DNA from: Antedon mediterranea
Lineage: Eukaryota > Animalia > Echinodermata
Assembly (NCBI RefSeq): GCF_964355755.1
Contig: NC_092677.1
Span: forward strand, 13,848,101-13,912,100
Direction: 5' to 3'
Length of the DNA: 64,000 nt
The notes beneath the pieces were generated by a model, which was not told where the DNA came from, made no database searches, and was given only the letters and a program-made list of their open reading frames with translations. The position numbers and the translations under genes are program-made. Below, piece after piece: positions 13,501 through 25,798 of the stretch (positions within the stretch are counted from its first letter, which is position 1; each line of letters begins with the position of its first letter).

Positions 13501-16500
13501 GACGTCATAGTAATCTTAATATGGGACAATAGAAATACTTTGTTATGCCAGCATATTAAATTTAATTTTAGCTTCCTCAATACAATTGGTTTTAGATCGC
13601 GACGAGCGATTTGTTTTCCTATCCATTCATGGTTCATCCGGGTACCGGTAAACCCTCTTTACATTATATGTTAATTCTTCCTTGTTGACAAACAAACCTA
13701 CCGGTTAATTAGTTTACTACAGTATACTACCGGAATAAAATCCTACCTGGTATTAACATTGAATATGATTAACCTTGACGTTATATATATTTATCAGGGT
13801 AAGTCGATTTGTACCCATTATTATTAGCGATACTTTTAGCCGAGGGATTATGATGCTTGGCTACCACTCCAAGTTTCCTGAGTTTAAGCCCGTCCCATGT
13901 CAGGGGTTTTTCTAAGGACAAAATTACAACTCCACTCCTAAAGACTTGTAATAGGCCAACGACTTGTAATAGGCCTAAGACTTTGTTTTGTAGAACATCT
14001 TGTGAACCTCTGAGAGTCCCAAATGATCAGCAATTGCTAGATAGATCACCCTCATTAAATATGGAAAAAAAAAAAATTACTTGATTTTAGGCGGGAATTA
14101 AGTTTTGTTTCTCCTGTCGTAATAATTTATGACGTGTTTGTGGCGTTACTGTTCTTCAATCAAAACAAACGCTGAGAATCTACATCAAGTTGTCTCTCTC
14201 CGTACCGTACTTTTTCAAGTTTAACTGTCTTCTCGCAATGAATCATGACTTTCAAAACTATTCGTTTTACAACATTTTTGTGATTGATGAGTTAATAGAG
14301 TTTTAATATTGACCGGACTTTATTGATTAACGTCTTTTATGGTAGTAAAATTAGCAAATATTTGAATTAAATTTAATTTGTACAGTGTGTATCAACAGTT
14401 TGACGAAGAAAACTCTTAAAAGTAAAACATCATCATCAATGGCAAACAACAAACGGGTTTATTCTTTAATTTTAAACCATTACATTTCAAATATATTTTG
14501 TTTTCATCTGGTTTTGTTGTTCTCTTTCTCCCAGTGTCTCTTTTTTCGCATTTAAGAAGAGACTGTACATCTTTTAATGGTGGAATGCCCTGTATGTAAA
14601 CTTAAGTTCGACTAAAACTTGGTATAATATTACTGACTTTCTGATACAGTACCGTGCTGTATTGACTTTTTGTATTGTGTAATACATTTACAAGGCAAAT
14701 ATACCTGCTTGCTTTTGTGCTATATAAACAACCCAATATAAGTTATATCACCAGAAATGAACGGCAACGATCGTTTTCAATAGACCACTTTGACAGCAAT
14801 ATCATAAAATAATATCAAATTAAATGTATTTATTTTGGGAAGCTGTTGCAACTTCCGATCGAACATCCGAACTGTTGTTCCGTTATATTTTGCTTCCGGC
14901 AATCATCGGATCTTTTCTTCTTTGTGGGTTTTCTGGGAATTTCACAATACAGGGGGTCGACGAACCTTAATTTGTGTGTAAATCATCACTTTGGTATTTG
15001 GTTGGAATTAAGAAACCAAGAAGAGAATTGACAACGGAAGGATAAGAAAATAAAATTGACTGTCTCGTAATATTGCAACAATACCGTTTTATTGCCCCAC
15101 TGTGACAAATCCATTACGTATTTTGTGTTGCAATACCTGTCCTACTCAACAGCTAGAACAATACGTTGTATTTAGGTCCTCACTTTGATTAAATTAGGCA
15201 TAGGCCTCACTCATTATGGCCCTGGCTGTACACCCAGTACCAGATCAAAAACTTTATTCTGTCCGCCTGATATTATAATTAGGCCTGGTGGTTGATATCC
15301 AGAAATGAATTGTTTGTTTTAATGTTTTTGTATACAATCTGGTAAGGCATACTGTTCTTCGAACCGAGATTATTTATTTGTATTGTGTTTACATATGACA
15401 ATAAATTTAATCTGAATCTGTGATAATTATAAGTCAAATAGCCTTATACAGTAATTTATTATAGACAGATTAGTATTTGTCTTTTATCGGGGTAATTTAT
15501 AGTTTATCTTTCTGTTGTTATTTAGTGTAGGCCTACTGAGAGGCCTACTACTATAATTTAAGAAGAAAAATATCCGAATTAAAAACAAACCCTCTTGTAT
15601 TATACCACCCTGTTTACGCATTCCTATCGTTATTGGCGCGTCCATTAATTGAGCGCCGGCATTTCGTAATCATCGGTCGATGACTAATGCTTCAGAGCTT
15701 TGAAATTCATTTGCTAAAATTGTTGATAAATTATGTCATGGTTTTTATAAATCACTTCATTGTGCGCCGATAGACGTTTAACTGAAGAAGCAAAACATGG
15801 TGGTACTCGGAAAATCAAGAATTGTCTACTAGATTCTAATTATCTCTTATAATTCCACGGAATTGTAATTTATTTGAACTGAAGATATTAACATATTACA
15901 ATAGATTATAAAACACAAATGTAAGTTTCTATGGTAATGAATAAAATAATAAATCGCGGTACTAGGAGGCTTTAAGCAGTCGGTTTCATGTAGGCCTATG
16001 CGGTAATTTTGTTTAATTTGTCTGCAGAATTCCGAGAGTTCCATTGAATAATTCAATAATTCAATAAAAGAAAGAGACTTCACAGAAACACAATAGGATT
16101 CTTGAAATGTTGTTCCTCATTTATTATTATCCATGTCAGACACACATGAATACATACACCGTTCAAGTAAAAGATATTAAAATACAAGGAAACAATAAAA
16201 CCAACGTAAAATTAGTTAAAATGTAAAGTAAAATTGTTTTTAAATTAGTAAGAAAACACATTAGCAAAATTTAGTCATACAGTACAAGAAAACGTTGCAT
16301 TATTGATGAATTGAATTACATCCTCGATCAAGAAGAGAAAGAAAACTGAATCCCTCATCTTATTCATACCCATAACGTTAAGCTCTGTCTGCACTATCAA
16401 AGATTATGTGACAAAAAAATATGCCCATATGGACATGATGATTTCATATTACTACCATATTTGGGCACGTCACACTTTTTTTTAATAGTGTAGACAGAGC

Positions 16501-16753
16501 TTTATACGAACTTTCTCAACAATTAAGACCATTGAGGTCTCTATTATGTGTAAATAAATGATAGATGGCGTCACTGTATTTTATGAACGGTTACCCCGGG
16601 ATACAGTCAATTATATTAACTTTGTTGATTAAATATATTTATAGTTAATGTCCCACAATATCATTGATTTATTATTGTTTTGTGTTGATCTTGCAGGCAA
16701 GAATGGTACAGTCACACAGCCCGACCACAAGTGCGTCCTACGACAGCCATTGA
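1505..16753 (+). CDS. CBFB: Core-binding factor subunit beta (Runx partner), 6 coding exons, ~194 aa
   Basis: Exons 1505-1582 (MPRVVPDQRAKFENDELFRKLCRESE), 1920-2006 (IRYTGFRDRSIEERQVRFQSGCREGHSEF), 2792-2911 (AIISTGTNLHLQF...REYVDFERERGK), 9192-9308 (VHLKAHFILNGVSVLWTGWIDMVRLDGLGCIEFDHDRAA), 11397-11522 (TENK...RRLREFEERQR...ENEAQ), 16697-16753 (ARMVQSHSPTTSASYDSH*). All introns are GT-AG, phase 0, at the vertebrate CBFB positions. The last exon is less certain. Confidence 0.95.
2175..2340 (+). mobile_element. ~165-bp hammerhead-bearing repeat (Penelope-like LTR fragment/short retroelement), copy 1, in CBFB intron 2
   Basis: Near-identical to 18854-19023 (+) and 50947-51089 (-). Begins with a hammerhead motif. 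Confidence 0.8.
2176..2212 (+). ncRNA. Minimal type I hammerhead ribozyme motif
   Basis: GCA-CTGATGA-A-GGGC(TAGTGTT)GCCC-GAA-AGCT-C-TGC: conserved core, stem II, palindromic stem III (AGCT) and stem I GCA/TGC. Confidence 0.75.
4025..4220. repeat. Short dispersed repeat cluster (TTACGGAATACCG / ATTAGACCAG units), probable TE subterminal remnant
   Basis: acggaatacc occurs four times between 4028 and 4157, interleaved with attagaccag. Confidence 0.5.
5390..5466 (+). mobile_element. L2-type LINE/SINE 3' tail
   Basis: gtaaagcgcctttgagcatg...catg...ggcgctatataa followed by (TTA)n. Same tail structure as ~475-535. Confidence 0.6.
5841..6392. repeat. Tandem repeat, ~153-158 bp unit, ~3.6 copies (CBFB intron 3)
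   Basis: cctacctttagg recurs at ~5842, 5995, 6148 and 6307, with conserved ccagata...aataacatcttcaaatttaagaaacgttgccaa. Confidence 0.9.
13845..14056 (+). mobile_element. tRNA-derived SINE, degenerate copy
   Basis: ttatgatgcttggctacca...gtcaggg...acaactccactcc...gatcaccctcat aligns with 62010-62168 and 545-605. Confidence 0.75.
16381..16502. mobile_element. ~120-bp MITE (AAGCTCTGTCTACACTA...TAGTGTAGACAGAGCTT TIRs)
   Basis: Terminal inverted repeats and a core taccatatttgggcac shared with 37710-37822, 47972-48124 and a partial copy at ~33798-33865. Confidence 0.75.
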
Positions 16754-18164
16754 CGCCGTGACCAGTGTAATGAAAACTAGGCCTATCGCTATATTTTTTT
16801 GGTGGAATATTGTTTTTGTCTTTTAAGAAGATGGCTGTAAGGATTCTACGATGATGAATCTTCTATAGATATAAATACATTTCTGCTAGATGTAACAAAA
16901 CACTGTAACCCAGCATTGTGAAACCTCAACGGGTCTTAGCAATGTGGGTGTTGGACCAAGCTAGCGAGTTAACAGTGGGGAGTTTTTTCCGAAGTGACGA
17001 ATGTGAAACCAAACATCTTTATGAGAATGTCTGGAACGGCAAAATTGTAAACATGCCAAGAATTCCATAATTTGTAATGGTTTCATCAAAATTATCTGTA
17101 TAAATATGATATTTAAGATTGTAATTAAAGTCTTTGTTTATGTGTGCATGTTATTTAATGAAAATGAAAATCTTACTTTAAAGTTCGATTTTTTATATGC
17201 TACTTAAAAACTATAAAGTTGTTGATACTGTTTTATTGTTGATATGATATTTTTCATTGTTTTTAGTGTTTTGAAACCTAAGCTTTTATTCATATTATAT
17301 TTATGATCGTATATTTGACAAAACTTTGAAGACGATACGTTTATAGAAACTACACGTAAATACCAAATCGCTTGCCTTACGATGATCACCAAATTCAGAT
17401 TACCTTTTTATATATATTTTTTTCATAGAAATTGTAATTTGTTACTGCAGTATATTAAAAACCGATAATTAATACTTAATTCATTCTCCTGAATCGAAGA
17501 GGAATATGCCTATCCCATAATGTGATGTCAAAACATTGATCTAAACGTTACGTCCGGAAGTGTACCGTGCGTTGCATTGTTTTATAGTAAAATGAGGTTT
17601 TCTGCAATATTGTTTAAATAAATGTAGTTAAGAAAGTAATGTTTGCTTTAAAAAATATTTAAATTAAAATAAATGATCAATATTGTTAAACACAAATCGT
17701 TTGACATGATTTCCAATGTTAAACGTATGCATGCTTGTTAAATTATTAAGTATTTATATAGTTAAGACGTTCCCTGGGCATATTAACAGATACTGTGTTT
17801 GAGTACTAAAGTTTGTTTTAAAAGTAGGCCTACCTTGTAACACAAGATTTAGGTATTCATATTATTGTTGTTTGTACAATTTGGAAAACACCAATCGTTC
17901 GAGATTGGTTTAACGAACAAATTATATTTTTTAAAGTTAATTAAGGCTGGACCTATCATTCATGCAATTTACCGTGTTTTGTGAAATTAAATATGTTCAG
18001 TCTAACTGATAAATTTAAAGTAATTTGTTTACTGTTTTAGTTTCTTGATGACAATGATATTTAACATATTGAGAATAATTGTGATACTGACGATGACGAT
18101 ATGATGATATCGATGGAATTACGATGACGATACCGATGATAAAACAATTGATGCTGATATAAAT

Positions 18165-18570
18165 CATGTTTATGAATAAGTTCATGTTTGTGAATGAATT
18201 CATGTTTGTTATATGTTTATATTGTGAATAAGTTCACGTTTATGAATAAGTTTATTTTTGTGAGTAAGTTCATGGTTGTGAATAAGTTCACGTTTGTGAA
18301 TAAGTTCATGTTTGTGAGTAAGTTCATGGCTGTGAATAAGTTTATATTGTGAATAAGTTCACGTTTGTGAGTAAATTTACGGTTGTGAATAACCTCTTGT
18401 TCGTGAATAAGCCCTTGTGAATATGTTCATGTTTGCGATGCTCATGTTTATAAATAAGTTTATCTTTATGAATAAGTTCATTTTTGTGAATAAGATTATC
18501 TCTATAAATAATTCATGTCTATGAATTAGTTTATGTTTATGAATAAGTTCATGTTTGTGAATAAAATTCA
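18165..18570. repeat. 18-bp minisatellite (GTGAATAAGTTCATGTTT)n
   Basis: About 20 degenerate tandem units seen directly. Confidence 0.9.
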
Positions 18571-18853
18571 TATTATGAAAAAGGTTATGTTTTTTCACAT
18601 CTATACTATTGGTCCCAACACTTCCAAAATGAAATACAGTATATATCATATCATTTTTTTATTTCGCCAATATACAGAACAGTACAAAAAAAAAACAATA
18701 CAAAAGTAAGTCAATGAGGCCGGATAACCTAAAAGTTTTTATAAAAAATTGTTAATTTAAAAAGATAGAATTAAGAAAATATCTTTAAAATATACATATG
18801 TTCAGATTAAAACAGATTATTAAAATATTTATATATATAAATATACATAAAAA

Positions 18854-19023
18854 TGCACTGATGAAGGGCTAGTGTTGCCCGAAAGCTCTGCTAACTTTTC
18901 TGGCTGTTTACTTTATCGTTTTGATTTAGCTTTTCGCTTTTTATTTTTGTATCTCCATTGAGATCCAGCCACTGATACCCACAGCATTGTCATTTTTTTT
19001 CAGTAATTTGCCTTTGGATTTAT
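18854..19023 (+). mobile_element. Hammerhead-bearing repeat, copy 2
   Basis: Near-identical to 2175-2340. Flanked by TA-rich tracts. Confidence 0.8.
18855..18891 (+). ncRNA. Minimal type I hammerhead ribozyme motif
   Basis: Identical to 2176-2212. Confidence 0.75.
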
Positions 19024-21440
19024 AAATATACATATATATACATGGTACCAACAACAACACATGGGAATTCATCACATTCTATATATAATTTGTTTATTTG
19101 TTTTATGGCAAAACATAGAGCTAATAAAATTACACGGATGAACATGTTAATTAAATTGTTGGCGTGCGTATTCAACCTCCGAAATTACCCGAATGGAATA
19201 TGTTTACATTTCTGTTATAATCTCATAGAACGGATAAATAATTAATACATTTTAAATCTTAATATACCTTATTGCACTGGATTCCAAGATTTCAATTGGT
19301 GTTCTGATTAGCGAACATGTGGTAATTATGCAAATTGGAATACAAACAACAAAGCGACATTCAGTGGTATGTTGTATGTAGGCTGCCGTGCTCATGATTT
19401 TCTATACTTTCTTTTGATTTATATACTCTCTTTGACATTTATTTATACGTTCTTTATATACTGTATTCATCTATAGATGTGCGTATCTTTTCATCAGGAA
19501 AGAAGACACAATTTGCACTATTCAGGTAGGCCTCGCTTTACTTCGTCAGTAGTTATTATTATACAGTGTTCCAACGATGTAGGCATACCGTATCTTAGGC
19601 CTACCGTATGTTTCATTGCCAATACCTGGTATTATTTTCGATATCATTTAAAATGTTGCCAATGAAATACACATATTTTATGTTATACTTTGTATTGTTT
19701 GAAAGGGGCTAGATTTTGTATAATACAATCTAGTATAGTAAAGTATGTAACAAAATAAAAAATAAAGAAGCTGTTTCAACTTTATGGGTATATTATTTGA
19801 GTACCGAATAAAAAAAACGAATGATTGTCTTTAAAATCACTCAAATAAGAATCATAGAAACTTGTCCGGTGTCGTGGTATTGTTGTACAGACACGTAACT
19901 CAATTAGTTATGACTGTTAGGCCCACTTATTAAGTAGTACTTATTATTATTAAGTAGTACTGTAGATACAGCAAAAGGTTTGTGGTAGGATACGCATACG
20001 TAGGCCTATAGGCCTACGTGTGTGCTGTGTTCCATTTTCATGAACTTTGCTGTCACAAGGGTCTCCATGTCTATGCCGAAAGGGATTCTCGCCGAAAGTG
20101 TCATAAGAACAATATTATTAGAGTGTTAGATGAGATCAGACTTAAATAGGCCTATGATCTTATTGTTGTTATACAGTCATATACAGTACACCTACTTATT
20201 AACCACATAATGTTGAAAGAGAAGGCCACTGAATTTATTTCACGTTTATGTATTTATTCAAAGCGATTAACAAGTTTAAAACAATTTTATCATAATAAAA
20301 AATTATATTTTCTGGTGTCTTTTATTTAGCTTTTCGTATTAAATTCTATGTAGGCCTATGTATTATTTATATCCAGTCATTTAAATAACTGTTGGACCTA
20401 GTAACCCTTTGCAAACTACTGTAGGTCTATTTTGTATTAAAATGTCAAACTGGCTTTTGTTTGCCAATTAAAATTGAGTTTGTTTATGGTATTCTATTTA
20501 CAAACAGTACTATATATAATTTGCTGTGTAGCATTTTCCACAAGAATGTTACAGAAGCCCGTACAGTAGTTGTTAATCTAATTTTCGTTATAACAATTTG
20601 GAGGGCGCTAAAGAATAATTGAGATATATCACGATTAGTATTAGGCTACGGTGAGTACTATGCGTAATAGCTAGTAATAATAGTTTCATTATTTTCTTAC
20701 TCATGTTTTCATTCTTGCAACATTAAGCAACACTTATGGTTATCTTCTATATAATACATTTACTCTTTTTTTAAAAATCATTCTAATTTATACACCTCCG
20801 TACAAATATTGTTTTAATTGCATGTCTAGGCCTAATTCTTAAGGCGCATGCCTATTGTTTCCTTTTATCATTAGTAACGTGTTTTTTTACTCATTTATTT
20901 TTCAATTTTATCAATTTAGAACTTCTACATGTAGATCTATCATCATTGATATGCAAAAATCTACAGCAGTTGCAATATATTAAAAGCATAATTACAAATT
21001 TGAACTATTCTCTAGTCTTAGCAGGGAGTTGTAAAATAAGTAACTGGTCTTAGCCTGGTAACATTAATATAACATTATATCGAGCTGCCTTGATAAATCT
21101 GTGATCAACGTAATACTGTACTATTTATTAAAGCAATTGTACTCAACCATCCCAAAGGCCAATTTACAAGGACGAGCGGTAACGGTAATAAAATATAGAA
21201 CGTATGTTATACCTGATTATGACAATTTACACAAACAAGCTCAGGATAGATACAGATTCTACGTGGGACAAGCTTTCCGCTTACTGTTACCGCTTGTCTA
21301 TATGTGAGAAGAAACAAGTACAACAAAGCGATAGAGTGGTAATTGAAAAAAAAACTCATTTTACAGCGTCAACAACAACATTGTTGTAAAAGCTGCCAAA
21401 GGTGCGTTGAATCTATTTAATGGTGTTATTATGACTATTA

Positions 21441-22784
21441 TTAATGGTATATTGGGTTTTCAACTTCTTGATACGAGCCATTGTCGTTCATATTGTAATC
21501 ATCATCATCATTATCTGAATCAGTAAAATCATCCCAGTCATTGCCATCAACCTTTATAGGATCATCAGACTTCATCTCAATGTTCTCGTAAACATTGTAA
21601 TCGTTGGCATTCACATTGGAAGTAGTGTCAATGTTTCTACATAAGACGTCTTCTTCAGTATTATGGATATCAGTATTTGTGTATATGTCGATGTTGTTGA
21701 TCATGATCTCTGGTTGATTACCTTTGACATTGTCCTCTAACTCGATATCGATTGTTCCTCTTTTAGTTTGTCCACTTCGACAATTTCTTACAAAACATCC
21801 AACACTGATCATTATTGCCACTATAATAAAACATGTTGCCAACGCTAAAAAAGAATAATTCAATATTTTACGGGAAATACCACCTTTTACTGAAGGTGAT
21901 GAGGTTTTAACTGTAGTAGTACTCATTTCACTGCTAGTGTTGATGAGTGTCGGGGAATATTTTGATATTTCTGAAGACATAGTATTAGTCTCGTAACTGA
22001 AGTCTTTGATTGTGGTGGTGGGATATTCTGTTTCTGTAGACATCGCATCCGTTTTGTGACTATCGATGTCTCCGAGTGCATTTGGATCTTCTAATGTTGT
22101 AGAAGTAGCGGTAGTGTGACTATTGGTGTCTTCTGATGTCATCCGATAATTTGATGATTCTGACGTAGATGACATCGTTGAGGCATCTGGTACTGTATCA
22201 TCATTTACGTGACTAACGGTGCTGTCGAATGACGTTGGATTTTCTGATATAGCAGTAGCGGTAGTGAGACTACTGATATCTTCGGATGATGTAATCGGGC
22301 ATTCTGATAGTGTTGAAGCTTTTGTTCGAGTTTCTGATAGATATTCTGTTGTAGAAGTTGCATTAGTCATATTATGATTAACGATTTCTTTGACTGTTGA
22401 CGCATTTACTCGTAGTATAGCTGTGTCAGATGTGGCGTTTTTAGTTTCGTTATTTATTTTACAAAAATAGTCACCTGTGTCCGCATACCAAACAGGTGCT
22501 ATGGATAGCATATATTTCAGCCCAGTTTTATCACGACTAGTTGAATATCGTTGTTGAAATTCAGTTCGCACTATGTTGCCTAATTGTGTAATAGCGCGGT
22601 TTTCACCTTCACGTCTCCGCCACCATCTTATTCCATGCCAAGTTTCTAGAGGTAAATCTAGCTCACAAGTTAACGTAACATTTTCACATTCAGATACATT
22701 TTGACTCATTGGATGCTGAATGATCTGTAGTGCATATAGTCTACAGATTACAAAACTCAGGATAGTAAAAACAAACTTAATCAT
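21441..22784 (-). CDS. Intronless type I membrane protein: signal peptide, Ig V-type domain, Ser/Thr mucin stalk, TM, acidic Tyr-motif tail (447 aa; TIM/CD300-like architecture)
   Basis: Hydrophobic N-terminus; Ig hallmarks LTCEL, IRWW, DTGDYFC; S/T-rich stalk; TM YSFLALATCFIIVAIMISVGCFV; tail with YNVYENI, DWDDF and YQEVENPIYH. Confidence 0.85.
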   Translation of the reverse strand: MIKFVFTILSFVICRLYALQIIQHPMSQNVSECENVTLTCELDLPLETWHGIRWWRRREGENRAITQLGNIVRTEFQQRYSTSRDKTGLKYMLSIAPVWYADTGDYFCKINNETKNATSDTAILRVNASTVKEIVNHNMTNATSTTEYLSETRTKASTLSECPITSSEDISSLTTATAISENPTSFDSTVSHVNDDTVPDASTMSSTSESSNYRMTSEDTNSHTTATSTTLEDPNALGDIDSHKTDAMSTETEYPTTTIKDFSYETNTMSSEISKYSPTLINTSSEMSTTTVKTSSPSVKGGISRKILNYSFLALATCFIIVAIMISVGCFVRNCRSGQTKRGTIDIELEDNVKGNQPEIMINNIDIYTNTDIHNTEEDVLCRNIDTTSNVNANDYNVYENIEMKSDDPIKVDGNDWDDFTDSDNDDDDYNMNDNGSYQEVENPIYH

Positions 22785-23154
22785 TCTCTTGATTTCTAAT
22801 GTTCCACCTTGTCATAGTCATAGTATAAAATGTTCTTTTTCTTAAATAAAAAAATATTATTTTCGCATTGAATTTGATCGAAATTGATAATATTAATTAA
22901 GGATTCTATAATCTGATTGGTTAATTAAATTATAGGATAATTTCACTTTCATGTGATACGAAATAAAGTCAATCAATGTCCTATCAGAGTCATCCCATTT
23001 AGTTTTATTTTCATAACTTTTGAATCGATGCCAAAGTGCATGTTGGTCTTGCACAATATATTAGGTACATTTACTTTAGTGTTGTTTCCTGGAAGGTTTA
23101 GTTAAGTAATGGAAAGTTGTTTTAAATGATTTGAAACGTTTGCACGTGCGTTCC

Positions 23155-23916
23155 ACAAAAATGATTACAAGTAGGCCCACAATAAAACCCATCGAAAACG
23201 CCAAAACAGAATATCTCGATATTTTACGGACAGAACTACCGCTTGTTGACGGTGGCAAAGATTTGACTTGTGGAATATTCTGATATTGTAGAAGTAGCAG
23301 CGATGACGTTAACGGCCGTGGTATATTCTGATACTGTAGAAAAAGCAGCAGTCAAATTTTGACTAGTGGTGTTCATGGATGTCGAGGAATGTTCTGATAC
23401 TGTTGAAGAAGTGTCAGCGATGTTGTTAACTGCCGTGGAATATTCTGATACTACAGAAGTTAAATCGATGCCGTTAACTGGAGTGGGAAAATGTGATAAT
23501 GTAGAAGTCGCATCAGTCATGTGACTAGTGTTGTTCATGGCTGTCTTGTAATGTTCTGATACAGTTGAAGTCGCATTAGTCATGTGACTAACGGTGTTCC
23601 TGGCTGTCGTGGAATGTTCTGATACAGTTGAAGTCGCATCAGTCATGTGCCTACCGATTTCGGCTGTCGTATGATATTCTGGTAATGTAGAAGTAGCAAC
23701 TTCATATACTCGTTTTTCACCTGATTGTTTGGTTTTGTAACGGCAACCACTGAATTTTCACGTGCCCGCCACCATCTTATTTCATGCGAATTTCAAAGAG
23801 GTGAATCCAACTCACACGAAAACGTAACATTTTCACTTTGGATGCTGAATGATCTGTAGTGCATTTAGTCTACAGATTACAACATACAGAATAATGATAA
23901 CAAATGATTTAATCAT
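23155..23916 (-). pseudogene. Ig-mucin receptor paralog copy 2 (disrupted)
   Basis: ATG 23916 MIKSFVIIILYVVICRLNALQIIQHP, then a frameshifting deletion, an internal TGA, loss of the second half of the Ig domain, a frameshift before the TM, and truncation within the TM. Confidence 0.8.
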
Positions 23917-24296
23917 TATTATCCTTTATTGCTCATGATTACTCTTGATTTGCTCTTCGTTCAATAGTATACAATACGAATTCTTTTTCTTCAAAAACAT
24001 TATTTTAACATTATTCTAAATAAAAAATTAATAATTTATTCAAGATAATATAATTTGATTGGTTCATTAAGAAGCATTGAATTATATATCGCATGATATA
24101 ATAAACAAAATTATTAATTTTCACTGTGTATTGGTATGAGTCATGTCGTATCAAATAAGTTTTGGTTTTATTTTCATAACTTTAATGTAAATAAAATAAC
24201 TTACAAAATATTGTTTGAATTATTGAATACAAAGAAAAGTAATACAAATCAGCAGAGATTAGATCAAAGATTGAAACAAAAAAGAACAAATACATG

Positions 24297-24417
24297 CATT
24301 TTTAGTCGCGTGCAACGAGACTCTACAGCTCACTATGTCGGTCGGTTGGTTGGTCGGTCGGTCGCTAAACACTAACTTGAGCACGCGCGCGACTGCAGCC
24401 ATGTATATGGCCTTGTG
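24297..24417 (+). mobile_element. Helentron-associated (HINE/DINE-like) non-autonomous element
   Basis: TTTTTAGTCGCGTGC 5' subTIR, (GTCG/GTTG)n microsatellite, inverted GCACGCGCGCGACT, 3' hairpin gccatgtatatggc. Absent from the paralogous flank at ~26350. Confidence 0.55.
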
Positions 24418-24895
24418 TAAACATAGCTCAAATAAAAGAACATACTTTTGATTTAAAAAAAGTCAGATCAAAGAATTTTGACAGATTTGCAAGCATTATG
24501 CTGAAATTGAAATGTTAGTTCAGTTTATTTAATACATTTTGGCGCGCAACATTCGCAAACATAATTGTTATACAAATCAGCAAAATTATCAAGTTATAAT
24601 CTCTTGAAAATATCAACGCTATATCTGCTATCTGCTAACACAATTGGATAATAAATTATTTACAGTGCATATTAGGACACATACTTTCTTTTAAATTGGC
24701 AAAATATTACACAGACAACAAACAGCAAAGAACATGAAAAACTAAATATCTTTTCCCGGATAACTCATAAAAGTTTGAAAAAAGGCCATCTTGTTTCAAA
24801 CGGGGTCTAAAAGATATTTGTTACTTATTTAAAGTCTTAATTTAAATCATTTAACACGATAGTATCTGACATACACTCAAATGGTTTACTGGGAT

Positions 24896-25798
24896 CTATT
24901 GGTATATATGGTTTTCAACTTCCAGATACGAGTCATTGTCATTCATGCCATCATCCTTATCTGAATCTGTAAAATCGTCCCAATCATCATCATCATCAAC
25001 CGTCACAATTTCTTCGTAAACGTTATTGACATCATTGGAATTTATCATGGAAGTAGAAACATGTCCACATACTTCGTCTGTATAACGGATATCAGTGCAT
25101 TTGTTTTCGATGGTCTTGGTATCATTCTGTATTTTACCTTTGACATTGTCCTTTAATTCGATGTCTAACGACCCTCTTTGTGTTTGACGTCTTCGACAGT
25201 TCCTTATACAGCATCCTGTAAAAATGATTACAAGTAGGCATAGGCCTGTGATAAAGCCCATTGCAAACACTAAAACAGAATGTCTCGATATTTTACGGAC
25301 AGGACTACCGCTTGTTGACGGTGGCAAAGATTTGACTTGTGGAATATCCTGATATTGTAGAAGTAGCAGCGATGACGTTAACGGCCGTGGTATATTCTGA
25401 TACTGTAGAAATAGCAACAGTCATGTGACTAGTGGTGTTCATGGATGTAGTGGAATATTCTGATACAGTTGAAGAAGTGTCAGCGATGCTGTTAACTGCC
25501 GTGGAATATTCTGATACTGTAGAAAAAGCAGCAGTCATGTGACTAGTGTTGTTCATGGATGCCGTGGAATGTTCTGATACAGTTGAAGAAGTGTCAGCGA
25601 TGCTGTTAACTGCCGTGGAATATTCTGATACTGTAGAAAAAGCAGCAGTCATGTGACCAGTGGTGTTCATGGATGTCGTGGAATGTTCTGATACAGTTGA
25701 AGAAGTGTCAGCGATGCTGTTAACTGCCGTGGAATATTCTGATACTGTAGAAAAAGCATCAGTCATGTGACCAGTGGTGTTCATGGATGTCGTGGAAT
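24896..25798 (-). pseudogene. Ig-mucin receptor paralog copy 3 (stalk-TM-tail only; signal/Ig missing)
   Basis: Repeat stalk ORF 25305-25784 is frameshifted relative to the TM/tail ORF 24896-25417 (NVYEEI, DDWDDF, YLEVENHIYQ). The 5' part is replaced by a duplicate of flank sequence. Confidence 0.75.

Noticed and set aside
3039-21389. Numerous 60-100 aa ORFs in CBFB introns and downstream
   Set aside because: AT-rich chance ORFs with no domain features, apart from those overlapping true CBFB exons.
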